Below, piece after piece: positions 11,457-22,242 of a stretch of 34,534 bases of DNA. The number at the start of each line of letters is the position of its first letter. Position 1 is the stretch's first letter. The stretch is taken from the NCBI RefSeq assembly GCF_001194135.2, contig NC_068997.1:44147492-44182025 (forward strand). Reading direction: 5' to 3'. The DNA is from Octopus bimaculoides. Its lineage: Eukaryota. The notes below the pieces were generated by a model. It was not told the origin of the DNA, made no database searches, and saw nothing but the letters and a program-made list of their open reading frames with translations. The position numbers and the translations under genes are program-made.

Positions 11457-11738
11457 CTAAAAATTAAAAAAAATAAAGTAAGCAAATAAATATCATGTTA
11501 CTGGTTTATAGTTCAAGAGTTCAAACCCTGCAATAAGTAGTCTGTGGAGTTTTACTTTGTTTAATAAATTTATTCATTCTTATAATGAGGAATTACATGG
11601 GTGCTTAAACCAGGATCCCACCAGAAAAGCTCCCTTACATCAAAAACCCAACCCCTTATCCAGTTAGATATGTATGATTTGTTGATGTAAGTCAGTGATT
11701 AAACTGAAAATGAATTAACATGAAACAGATTTCCTTAC

Positions 11739-11827
11739 TTTCTTAGAATTTTCCAGAGTCCAATGGTTACTCTCTCTTAACTCCTCAAAGCCAGCATCTT
11801 TCAACATGGTTTTCAATGCATCAGTAG
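11739..11827 (-). CDS. DNPEP: DNPEP exon 3 (ATDALKTMLKDAGFEELRESNHWTLENSKK)
   Basis: TTCCAG acceptor, GTAAGG donor, 89 nt; phase 1 in, phase 0 out. Matches the AGFxELxExxxW motif. Confidence 0.92.
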
Positions 11828-11877
11828 CTGGAAATGAAATAGCACAGGATATACAAATTATATATTAGCACATATAT

Positions 11878-12290
11878 CATCATCATCGTCGTCGTTTAAC
11901 GTCCGCTTTCCATGTTAGCATGGGTTGGACGATTTGACTGAGGACTGGTGAAACCAGATGGCTATACCAGGCTCCAATCTGATTTGGCAGAGTTTCTACA
12001 GCTGGATGCCCTTCCTAATGCCAACCACTCCGAGAGTGTAGTGGGTGCTTTTACGTGCCACCAGCACGAGGGCCAGTCACGTGGGACTGGCAAACGGCCA
12101 CGCTCAAAATGGTGTATTTTATGTGCCACCCGCACAAGAGCCAGTCCAGGGGCACTGGCAACGATCTCGCTCGAAAGTCCTTACACATGTCACGGGCACA
12201 AGTGCCAGAAAGGCGACGCTGGGCACAGGTGCCATCACAATTTCGCTTTCGCTTGCCCCAATAAGTCTTCGCAAGCTGAGTTTATAGCAC
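11878..12290 (-). mobile_element. Family C retroposon with (GAT)n tail
   Basis: Plus strand begins (CAT)n-CGTTTAACGTCCGCTTTCCATG. Colinear with 17020-17483 and 29138-29565. Confidence 0.9.
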
Positions 12291-12440
12291 ATATAAATTA
12301 TATATATATATATTATATATAGCACATATAAATTATATATAGAGCACATATATATTATATATAGCACATATAAATTATATATATAGCACAGGATATACAA
12401 ATTATATATTATGAAATAGCACAGGATATACATTATATAG
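12291..12440. repeat. AT-rich minisatellite (ATAGCACATATAAATTATATAT-type units)
   Basis: Repeated units, also matching 11835-11877. Confidence 0.8.
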
Positions 12441-12516
12441 GAATGTACACATGTATGTATGTCATTAGGTTTAACCAATATTGTCAAGACAATCATCATC
12501 ATCATCATCATTTTAA

Positions 12517-12737
12517 CCCTTTAATGTTTAAACCAGCTATATCTGGCCAAAATATTCTACCTGTTTTATGTTCAAACTGGCCAGATCTGGCCTCTCACAC
12601 CTATCTTGCAATGTCATTTTAAAAATAGACAACCACATCATCGATATCTCAAAGCTACAAGATAATGTAAGATTAATTGAAAACAATGTCAACAAATAAA
12701 CATTAAGACATGACAGAATAATTTAAATGTGAAAGGG
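12517..12737. mobile_element. piggyBac-type MITE, copy 1
   Basis: TTAA|CCCTTT...AAAGGG|TTCA termini; 221 bp; colinear with 13263-13480. Confidence 0.75.
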
Positions 12738-12870
12738 TTCACTTAAAAAAAAAAAAGAAAAGAAAAAAACTAGCTCAAGGTGTTATGCTAATGTATTAAA
12801 ACCCCAAAACAAGTGGCTGTCGAACAAACTTAACAACACATCTGTAGTTTCAATGGCAGAAGTATTAGAG

Positions 12871-13213
12871 CAGGGGTTCTCAACCATGTTTTATCAATGG
12901 GCTCCTTTGATTGTTATTTTATTCTGGTGGACCCCAAACAGCTTATTCAATGTCTAAAAATTTGTCTTATAAAAGTTCTAAATTCCCATTTTGTTTTCTG
13001 CACAACTTGTGTAGGTTGAACTATGTAAAATGTTATAGGAAGAAACCTAGCTGTTTCTTGCAAGAGATACCAATACATAAATCTAAAGCAGAATTTTTTC
13101 AGGGCCCATTAAAATACTATTGTGGATTCCCAATTTACCATTTTGTTGCGTGAACTCCTGAAAATCTTATATGGATTCTCAGGGGCCTTATGGACCCCAG
13201 TCGAGAACCACTG
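12871..13213. mobile_element. hAT (Charlie-like) MITE with 8-bp TSD
   Basis: TIRs CAGGGGTTCTCAAC / GTCGAGAACCACTG. TSD TATTAGAG (12863-12870) versus CATTAGAG (13214-13221). Confidence 0.88.
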
Positions 13214-13262
13214 CATTAGAGTGTTCTTCAAAATTCTCATTCTGTATTTGTTCCAGATCTAA

Positions 13263-13480
13263 CCCTTTAGCATTTAAACCAGCCATATCTGGCCAAAAAT
13301 ATTCTACCTGTTTTACATGCAAACTAACTAGATCCAGCCTCTAATACCTACCCTACAATGTCATTCTAAAAATAAACAATCACATCACTGAAATCTCAAA
13401 GCCACAAGATAATGCATGATTAATTTAAAGCAATGAATAAATAAACATTAGATTTGACAATAAGTCTGAATGCTAAAGGG
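13263..13480. mobile_element. piggyBac-type MITE, copy 2
   Basis: TIRs CCCTTTAGCATTTA / TGAATGCTAAAGGG (13 of 14 match), flanked by CTAA and TTGA (decayed TTAA). Confidence 0.8.
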
Positions 13481-13680
13481 TTGAACCCTGCAGTGGTCAA
13501 GTTTTAGTTTAACCCTTGCCAGCATAGAAAATGAATGTTAAATGATGATGATGATAACATCCATACATAGGTTTCAACCCAAGATTTGAAATCAGATCAA
13601 CTCAGTTTTCCAAGAACAAACTGAGCAGTGTAATACACAATTCAATCGTAGAAACAGTATCATTGGACTGAGTAACATAC

Positions 13681-13759
13681 CATGGTAAGGAGATGGGCTT
13701 GCATTGACAAACTTCAGAAATTCTTCTGCTGAAGATAATACAGTTTCTCGTGAAAAAGC
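13681..13759 (-). CDS. DNPEP: DNPEP exon 2 (AFSRETVLSSAEEFLKFVNASPSPYH)
   Basis: Long polypyrimidine tract with TAG acceptor, GTATG donor, 79 nt. Matches the M18 N-terminal motif FLKFVNxSPSPF/YH. Confidence 0.93.
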
Positions 13760-14055
13760 CTAGATGAAAAAAAAAGACACAAAAAGAGGAAAATATCAGA
13801 CATATAAGCGTAGATGATCAGAAAAAATGTCAAAGAATATCAAGATTAAATCCCACATAAATTAAAACACTTTGGACATCACATCTTAAGTTCCTCGATG
13901 TGACCTAAAAGCAATGCAGACAATGTCAGTCCATTGATAAATATGGTAAATTACTAGTAAAATTCCAGTTAAGGTTAAATCCTCAATGTGCTGAGTCATT
14001 GAATACAAACATTTATCAAAAATTAATCCTAGCCACTAATCATCACATACTCTTA

Positions 14056-14248
14056 CTCTTTTACTTGGTTCAGTCATTTGACTGCGGCCATGCTGGAGCA
14101 CCGCCTTTAGTCGAGCAAATCAACCCAAGGACTTATTCTTTGGAAGCCTAGTACTTATTCTATCGGTCTCTTTTGCCGAACCACTAAGTTACGCGGACGT
14201 AAACACACCACCATCGGTTGTCAAGCGATGGTGGGGGGACAAACACAG

Positions 14249-14285
<37 letters not shown>
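14056..14285 (-). mobile_element. Family A SINE 3' half, truncated by N-gap at its (TA)n
   Basis: Reverse complement is highly similar to 8700-8921. Confidence 0.9.
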
Positions 14286-15309
14286 NNNNNNNNNNNNNNN
14301 NNNNNNNNNNNNNNNNNNNNNNNNNNNNNNNNNNNNNNNNNNNNNNNNNNNNNNNNNNNNNNNNNNNNNNNNNNNNNNNNNNNNNNNNNNNNNNNNNNNN
14401 NNNNNNNNNNNNNNNNNNNNNNNNNNNNNNNNNNNNNNNNNNNNNNNNNNNNNNNNNNNNNNNNNNNNNNNNNNNNNNNNNNNNNNNNNNNNNNNNNNNN
14501 NNNNNNNNNNNNNNNNNNNNNNNNNNNNNNNNNNNNNNNNNNNNNNNNNNNNNNNNNNNNNNNNNNNNNNNNNNNNNNNNNNNNNNNNNNNNNNNNNNNN
14601 NNNNNNNNNNNNNNNNNNNNNNNNNNNNNNNNNNNNNNNNNNNNNNNNNNNNNNNNNNNNNNNNNNNNNNNNNNNNNNNNNNNNNNNNNNNNNNNNNNNN
14701 NNNNNNNNNNNNNNNNNNNNNNNNNNNNNNNNNNNNNNNNNNNNNNNNNNNNNNNNNNNNNNNNNNNNNNNNNNNNNNNNNNNNNNNNNNNNNNNNNNNN
14801 NNNNNNNNNNNNNNNNNNNNNNNNNNNNNNNNNNNNNNNNNNNNNNNNNNNNNNNNNNNNNNNNNNNNNNNNNNNNNNNNNNNNNNNNNNNNNNNNNNNN
14901 NNNNNNNNNNNNNNNNNNNNNNNNNNNNNNNNNNNNNNNNNNNNNNNNNNNNNNNNNNNNNNNNNNNNNNNNNNNNNNNNNNNNNNNNNNNNNNNNNNNN
15001 NNNNNNNNNNNNNNNNNNNNNNNNNNNNNNNNNNNNNNNNNNNNNNNNNNNNNNNNNNNNNNNNNNNNNNNNNNNNNNNNNNNNNNNNNNNNNNNNNNNN
15101 NNNNNNNNNNNNNNNNNNNNNNNNNNNNNNNNNNNNNNNNNNNNNNNNNNNNNNNNNNNNNNNNNNNNNNNNNNNNNNNNNNNNNNNNNNNNNNNNNNNN
15201 NNNNNNNNNNNNNNNNNNNNNNNNNNNNNNNNNNNNNNNNNNNCGTTTCTCTATTAGTAATTTCACTTGCGTATCTATCTTAAAATGAGCTGCTTGGCGG
15301 AGGTCTGCG

Positions 15310-15800
15310 GAGGATGACATTACAAGCCTTGACTATTGGGATCAACTCAAAAAGCTCAGGTTTTGCTCCCTCCACCGCCGCTGTGAGCTTTATATCATCT
15401 GTATGATGTGGAAAATATTCCATCAACATTGCCTATCTTTAAAATTCGTCCGAGGCTTGGCCCCCATGCCATCCATCCACTACAGAAATGTTCGTGTCAT
15501 ATCATAACACTATGACAGAACTATTTCACCTCAATTGGCCCTGCTCTCTTCAACATCGTGCCAGACACACATAAAGGAGGAAAGTAACTTCACGGCATTC
15601 AAACGTTCCCTAGATGATTACCCACAACAATTACCAGATAAACCACTCACACCCAGATATGTCTCTGAAAACAATGACCCTCTGCTTGAATGAGCTACAG
15701 TTCCCCAGAGCTGACTGTGTATCTCTTCCAGGTGGTGCTATTAAATTAGACATGGCCTGAGTCAATTTCGGCTGAAACTTATCTAAGTAATTTAATCTAT
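15310..15800 (+). mobile_element. CR1/L2-group LINE 3' end (decayed ORF2 C-terminus plus 3'UTR)
   Basis: Frameshifted LDYWDQLKKLRFCSLHRRCELYIICMMWKI..., SIGPALFNIVP, FKRSLDDYPQQLPDKPLTPRY..NDPLLE* resemble CR1-group ORF2 termini. Confidence 0.7.
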
Positions 15801-16316
15801 GTTGTAATCTTTTAATCAAAGCATGACAACGTGGGTAGGGGCTGATATCTTAACATTTCTGATGGTCTTAAGTATAAAAAAAATTATTAAAGATTTACAT
15901 AGAACTACATTCAGAGTATGTCTATAAGCTATTGTGTTTAGACCTGGTTTCTGTCCTCAAAGTGTTCCATTTTGTAGATGCAATTTTTTTTTTTAAATTA
16001 AGCACTCTGAAATTAGAAAAATCAAAAATCTGCAACAATCTCAGTCCCATGAGTGATAATGGATTTTCAACTGTGTAAAGATACTGATTGTGGTGATCAT
16101 AGTTTTGATGGTGATTGTGGTGAAAGCAGATACAGTGTTGATGATGACGATGGACGAGATAAGTATAGAAGGAGGATAAAATAGTATCGGTGGTTATAAT
16201 GGCGACAGGAGCGGTGTGATGTGTGATGGTGGTAATAGTAGTGTTGATGATAGTGTTAGTTGTGTGATGGTGGTATTGTGGTGGTTATACTGGTTGTGGT
16301 GGTGAAAATGACTGTT

Positions 16317-16454
16317 ATTTTTTTTTACCCCCCGCCAAGGAAGTTATGTTTTTGCCGGCGTTGGTTTGGGAAATTGGGCGATTTTCAGCATGCGTGTATA
16401 TGGGTGGAAATGAGCTGCTTGGTGGAGGTCTGCACTCTCCGAGTGCTTTTCTAG
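16317..16454 (+). mobile_element. Non-autonomous Helitron/Helentron-type element (HINE-like); related 3' stub at about 15283-15308
   Basis: Subterminal inverted repeats CCCCGCCAAG (about 16328-16340) / CTTGGTGGAGG (16418-16428), hairpin GCACTC-TCC-GAGTGC (16432-16446), CTAG end (16451-16454), inserted in a T-run. Confidence 0.75.
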
Positions 16455-17019
16455 TTCTAAGGATAGATTTGGCTTCATCAAATGCAGACTCATGTATGGA
16501 GCTGGACATATTATTTAAAGGAAATTTGACTACAAAAGTGAAAATAAAAGCCATGATTTAAGTATCTTCAGTAAATAAGAAAGATCAACCTTGAGCAACT
16601 TTCACTATTTTCAATCTAACCAGTTTTAAATGTCACAATGTCCTTTATACAATTCGATGTTAAACAACCCATTTCTGAGGTCCTTGACATCACACGTCTC
16701 ATATCTGTGAAATTAGTCAGCAGATATATCCATTGTGCTTGACTTAGTGTGACCATATTGCAAACCAGACGAGACAGGTTTTGTTGAACTTAAAACTATT
16801 TCTTATGAAAATTGGTATTTTGAATGCGCCCTTGATGTTTTACTTGAGGTCACATAGGTCAAAGGTCACTCTCTGTCCAGCTTGGTCAAAAACTGTAGAA
16901 TTTCATGGTATGTATGGTCTTTATGAAACTTTACCATCACAAGACTGCATTTGCTTACTTTGTAACTGCTGACAGTTTTGAAAATGCTTTTCTCAGATGA
17001 CAACTAAATTAAATATATA

Positions 17020-17483
17020 CGACGACTGGCACCCATGCCAACGTTGTCTCCTTCATTGGACACGAAACTCAGATTGCGAAGACCTGTTGGTGCAAACGAA
17101 AGCGAAATCATGATGGCACCTGTGCCCAGCGTTGCCTTTCTGGCACTTGTGCCCGCGGCATGTGTAAGGACTTTCGAGCGAGATCGTTGCCAGTGCCCCT
17201 GGACTGGCTCTTGTGCGGGTGGCATGTAAAATACATCATTTGGAGCGTGGCCGTTGCCAGTACTGCCTGACTGGCCTTCGTGCCGGTGGCACGTAAAAGC
17301 ACCCACTTCACTCTCAGAGTGGTTGGCGTTAGGAAAGGCATCCAGCTGTAGAAACTCTACCAAATCAGATTGGAGCCTGGTGTAGCCATATGGTTTCACC
17401 AGTCCTCAGTCAAATTGTCCAACCCATGCTAGCATGGAAAGAGGACGTTAAACGACGACGATGATGATGATGATGATGATGAT
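17020..17483 (+). mobile_element. Family C retroposon, longest copy, inserted upstream of the transposase remnant
   Basis: Ends AACCCATGCTAGCATGGAAAGAGGACGTTAAACGACGAC(GAT)n. Confidence 0.9.
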
Positions 17484-17504
17484 AATGTTTTGTATTTCAG
17501 AAAT

Positions 17505-18062
17505 ATGGCCAGTTGTGAGACAAAAAACACACAAAAACAACCCTGATGTCTTCTGTTATCTAGACAGTGAAACAAAATCACAGATTTTGAGAAGACGGCT
17601 TACCTTACTTTAGCATGAAACTGGGTGATTAAGAAAAAGCCTGGGCACCCCATATAGTGTGTAAAACATGTGTTGAAACACCGAGACAGTAACTGTTTCA
17701 AATACTTAAACAGAAAGTTTCCAGCTTTGTCTTGTGAGAAAATTAGGGTCGTATTTGATGGGCCTCAGATTAGGCAGTTATTGCAGGACAAGCAGTTTTT
17801 GGAGACCATGTGTGGCACTGGAAAAGAAGCATGGAATGCTTTTGCTGCAGTTGTGTCTGGTTTCCTGAAGTTATCAAATAATGAAAAACTTGCGCAGACC
17901 CTGTTAACCAGTTTTCGAGCATTGGGCTGCAACATGAGCGTAAAAGTGCATTTCTTGCACAATCATCTGGACTACTTCCCTGAAAATCATAACACACTAA
18001 GTAACAAGCAAAGAGAAAGATTCCATCAAGACATCTTTTGGCATAAAAGGAATTTCTATTTA
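17505..18062 (+). pseudogene. Internally deleted DDE-type DNA transposase remnant (superfamily not assigned)
   Basis: KNNPDVFCY (17533-17559) and KLGD*EKAWAPHIVCKTC (stop at 17630) join abruptly to CFKYLNRKFPALS..VFDGPQIRQL..LGCNMSVKVHFLHNHLDYFPEN...ERFHQDI. These are conserved motifs of a widespread invertebrate transposase family. Stops, frameshifts and a large deletion are present. Confidence 0.8.
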
Positions 18063-18237
18063 ATAAAAAAAACCTAACACAATAGAACATTTCTGAAGGC
18101 ATTTATGAACCCAGCATCATCAAATTAGGTAGGACTGATTGTAAAAAGCAAGACAACTAAAATGATCCTCAGTGTTATTAGTGAAATGATAAAAGCAGAT
18201 GACCTATTACTTATGGACACACAATACAATTGTGTTT

Positions 18238-18629
18238 GTTGTTGTTGTTGGCACTTCGTCGCTTACGACGTCAAGGGTTCCAGTTGATCCGGTCAACGGA
18301 ACAGCCTGCTCATGAAATTAACGTGCAAGTGGCTGATCACTCCACAGACACGTGTACCCTTAACGTAGTTCTCGGGGATATTCAGCGTGACACAGTGTGA
18401 CAAGACTGACCCTTTGAATTACAGGCACAACAGAAACAGGAAGTAAGAGTGAGAGAAAGTTGTGGTGGAAGAGTACAGCAGGGTTCACCACCATCCCCTG
18501 CCGGAGCCTCGTGGAGCTTTAGGTGTTTTCGCTCAATAAACACTCACAACGTCCGGTCTGGGAATCAAAACCGCGATCCTATGACCGCGAGTCCACTGCC
18601 CTAACCACTGGGCCATTGCGCCTCCACAG
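18238..18629 (-). mobile_element. Family B1 tRNA-derived SINE with 12-bp TSD
   Basis: Minus strand GTGGAGGCGCAATGGCCCAGTGG (A box) and (AAC)n tail. TSD ACAATTGTGTTT at 18226-18237 and 18630-18641. Confidence 0.93.
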
Positions 18630-19735
18630 ACAATTGTGTTTATTCAGAGAGAAACTTATAAAAAAATAAATCGACGTTATAGAAGAAAATTGACTGTAGT
18701 TTTGGAATCAGCATGCTAATTTTAGTCTAAACCAAGTGAAAAAGGAAACTCAGCAGAAATTATGTTCAAAATTGTTCCCCTGCATTATCAATATGTAATA
18801 ATCAGTACAGAAAATTCTCAACACAAAATAAAATTTCTCTGAAGTCCTCCAACTACAAATATTCTGATTTGTCTGAAAATATTCCTCATCCCCTCATTTT
18901 ATAGTCACTGAGAAATGTATGACAGCCATTTCTGATGCCTAGGCCACCTAAATATTGCAGGCAGTTTTTCTATCAGATCTAAAATATTGCTCTAACTTCC
19001 TCACCATTCCAAATAGTTATAAAAGCGCACAAAATGACTACATCATCATTTTAACCTCCATTTTACCATGCTTGCATGGGTCAAGCAGAATTAGTTGAGG
19101 CAGATTTTCTACTGCTGGATGTCCTTCCTGTTACCAACACTCATCGTTTCCAAGGAAGGTAATATTTCCCCATGGCTAAACATGTTTTTGCAGAAACTGG
19201 AAATCAATGACACTGCTTATATGACAGTGACACTCATTTGCAACTATCACACAAATGTCAAGACATGGAGGCACACACACACACACACACACACACATGG
19301 CTACCAAATTCACTCAAAAGGCTTTGGTGGGCATAGGGCTACAGTAGAAGACACTTGCCCAAAGTAGTATGCTGTGAAATTGAAGCTGAAATCATGTGAC
19401 TGAGAAGCAAATCTCTCAATCACATGGCTACATCTGCATGTCATCATTGTGATAAAATGTTGCTGAGAGATGTGCAAGATCACATTGCTTACACTGTAAC
19501 GAAAATAGATGTTACTTTTTAGAATTTGCTGACTGCTCTTATTTCAGTCAACAACCTGTAATTTATTCCTATACTAACCACTATATGCAGCTTTCTACAC
19601 TGACTACATCATGAGAAAATAAGTGACTGGGGAAATAAGCAGGGTGAAGCCTTCTTAGTAAGAATGCAAAATATTACAGTGATATGCAGATAGAATTTCT
19701 TGCTGGTTACCTGCTCATCATTGCAAGAGAATAGG

Positions 19736-19950
19736 TTAACCCTTTTGATGCAAATTTGTCTGAAATTGCCCCTGGTTCTATGATACAAACTCCAGGTTTT
19801 AAAATGATCTTACTTAAAACATTCCACTCAAATTTCATGCTAATTTATGTTCCAAACACCAGCTTAACAATGGCAAAAAGTTATTTTCATATAATTGTTA
19901 TTGTTTTCAAAACAAATTGAAACTAAGACTGCAATTTTAACAGAAATATG
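19736..19950 (+). mobile_element. Old repeat beginning TTAACCCTT (second piggyBac-like family); related copy about 10316-10505
   Basis: Shared TCTATGATAC, AAATTTCATG(T/C)TAAT and CAAACACCA segments in both copies. Confidence 0.55.
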
Positions 19951-20782
19951 GAAATGAATATATATATATGAAAAGCATCTTCATTTTCACCGAATAAAAC
20001 ATTTCAAATACATTTATAGGTGCATACATGCCCATGTGGTTAAGAAGCCCTCTTTGGGACCACATGAATTCTGGTTCAATCCCACTGCACAGCACCTAGA
20101 TAAAGTATCTTCTCCTATAGCCCTGAACTGACGTATGCTCTGGGAACGAATTTGGTAGGTGGAAACTGCATGGAAGCCTTTGTGTGTGTGTATGTGCATG
20201 CACGTGTGCATGTGTAGTGGTTAAATGCTAAATGTGTCTAAGGGTGTATAGATGCAATAGGCATGTGTATGCCTTTCATCATCATCATCATCGTTTAACG
20301 TCCGCTTTCCATGCTAGCATGGGTTGGACGATTTGACTGCGGACTGGTGAAACCGGATGGCAACACCAGCCTCCAATCTGATCTGGCAAAGTTTCTACAG
20401 CTGGATGCCCTTCCTAATGCCAACCACTCCGAGAGTGTAGTGGGTGCTTTTACGTGTCACCTGCACGAAGGCCAGTCAGGCGCTACTGGCAATGGCCTTT
20501 GAAGTAAACAAAAGAATGACTTCGCTTCGTCATTACAAATAATTTATTGATTGGATTTAAACTGTGTTGTTAGTATACATACTTCACCACTACATATAAA
20601 TGTCCCCAACTGCTACGAGTTGTTAAATAAATAAAAAGGGTCATATTTGTAGAGGTGATGTGTTAAAAGTGAATATGTTTTGTCATGTGTCAGTGTGTGC
20701 GTTCGTCCATCTCGGAAAGTAGACTAGCGGTCTTTTGGTTGTCGCATCCAATAACGTTCTTCTCTAATGTGTTGAGACATGC

Positions 20783-20986
20783 GTGTGTGTGTGTGAATGT
20801 GTATGACAACTAGTGTTTGTTTGTTTAAGTCCTACAACTTAACGGTTTGGCAAAAGAGAGACAAAATAAGTAACAGACTTTAAAAGAACAAGTTCTGATG
20901 TGTGTGTGTGTGAATGTGTATGACAACTAGTGTTTGTTTGTTTAAGTCCTACAACTTAACGGTTTGGCAAAAGAGAGACAAAATAA
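20783..20986 (+). repeat. 117-bp tandem duplication of a family A SINE 3' segment, running into an N-gap
   Basis: GAATGTGTATGACAACTAG at 20795 and 20912; the two units are identical over their shared part. Confidence 0.85.
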
Positions 20987-22242
20987 NNNNNNNNNNNNNN
21001 NNNNNNNNNNNNNNNNNNNNNNNNNNNNNNNNNNNNNNNNNNNNNNNNNNNNNNNNNNNNNNNNNNNNNNNNNNNNNNNNNNNNNNNNNNNNNNNNNNNN
21101 NNNNNNNNNNNNNNNNNNNNNNNNNNNNNNNNNNNNNNNNNNNNNNNNNNNNNNNNNNNNNNNNNNNNNNNNNNNNNNNNNNNNNNNNNNNNNNNNNNNN
21201 NNNNNNNNNNNNNNNNNNNNNNNNNNNNNNNNNNNNNNNNNNNNNNNNNNNNNNNNNNNNNNNNNNNNNNNNNNNNNNNNNNNNNNNNNNNNNNNNNNNN
21301 NNNNNNNNNNNNNNNNNNNNNNNNNNNNNNNNNNNNNNNNNNNNNNNNNNNNNNNNNNNNNNNNNNNNNNNNNNNNNNNNNNNNNNNNNNNNNNNNNNNN
21401 NNNNNNNNNNNNNNNNNNNNNNNNNNNNNNNNNNNNNNNNNNNNNNNNNNNNNNNNNNNNNNNNNNNNNNNNNNNNNNNNNNNNNNNNNNNNNNNNNNNN
21501 NNNNNNNNNNNNNNNNNNNNNNNNNNNNNNNNNNNNNNNNNNNNNNNNNNNNNNNNNNNNNNNNNNNNNNNNNNNNNNNNNNNNNNNNNNNNNNNNNNNN
21601 NNNNNNNNNNNNNNNNNNNNNNNNNNNNNNNNNNNNNNNNNNNNNNNNNNNNNNNNNNNNNNNNNNNNNNNNNNNNNNNNNNNNNNNNNNNNNNNNNNNN
21701 NNNNNNNNNNNNNNNNNNNNNNNNNNNNNNNNNNNNNNNNNNNNNNNNNNNNNNNNNNNNNNNNTAAAACGAAGGTATGGAGATTAAATACGCTTTACAT
21801 CGCTTAATGAGCCAAAGGAGTAAAGGTAAACAACTGAATACTTGTCAGTGATTGGTTGAAATTATCGAAATAAGACAATTTTTTACATGAAATAAATTCG
21901 AATACAAAAATATTCTTCTGTTCTATAACACAAAATAGATAAGTATACGAAGTTTGAAAGTCTTTCGGTACCAAAAACACTACGTAAAACATTAATGAAA
22001 AATGTGGCCCCCGTTTTAAAAAAGATCCCACGTGTGTGATTTATATATAAACAGTTAACGTCAATCAAATCACGTGATTTATTTATAAACAAAGTAGTAC
22101 GGATAATACTGGTAAGACGTTCAGTTATTTCCCTTGTATTTTATTTACTTTTTTAACCTCTCGAAACTGGAAGATTACCCCATTATTTTTAATATAAAAT
22201 AAAAGACATAGTTTTGGGGAATATTTGGCTGCTAATAGCCAA

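Noticed and set aside
11948-12322. Similar 124-135-aa ORFs at 11948, 17004, 20311 and 29211 suggesting a gene family
   Set aside because: All are antisense or sense frames of family C retroposon copies; non-ATG starts, variable ends, no protein motif.
16080-16310. Possible coding (V/G/D-rich) segment
   Set aside because: Degenerate (GGT/GAT/TGT)n low-complexity sequence with no splice or motif support.
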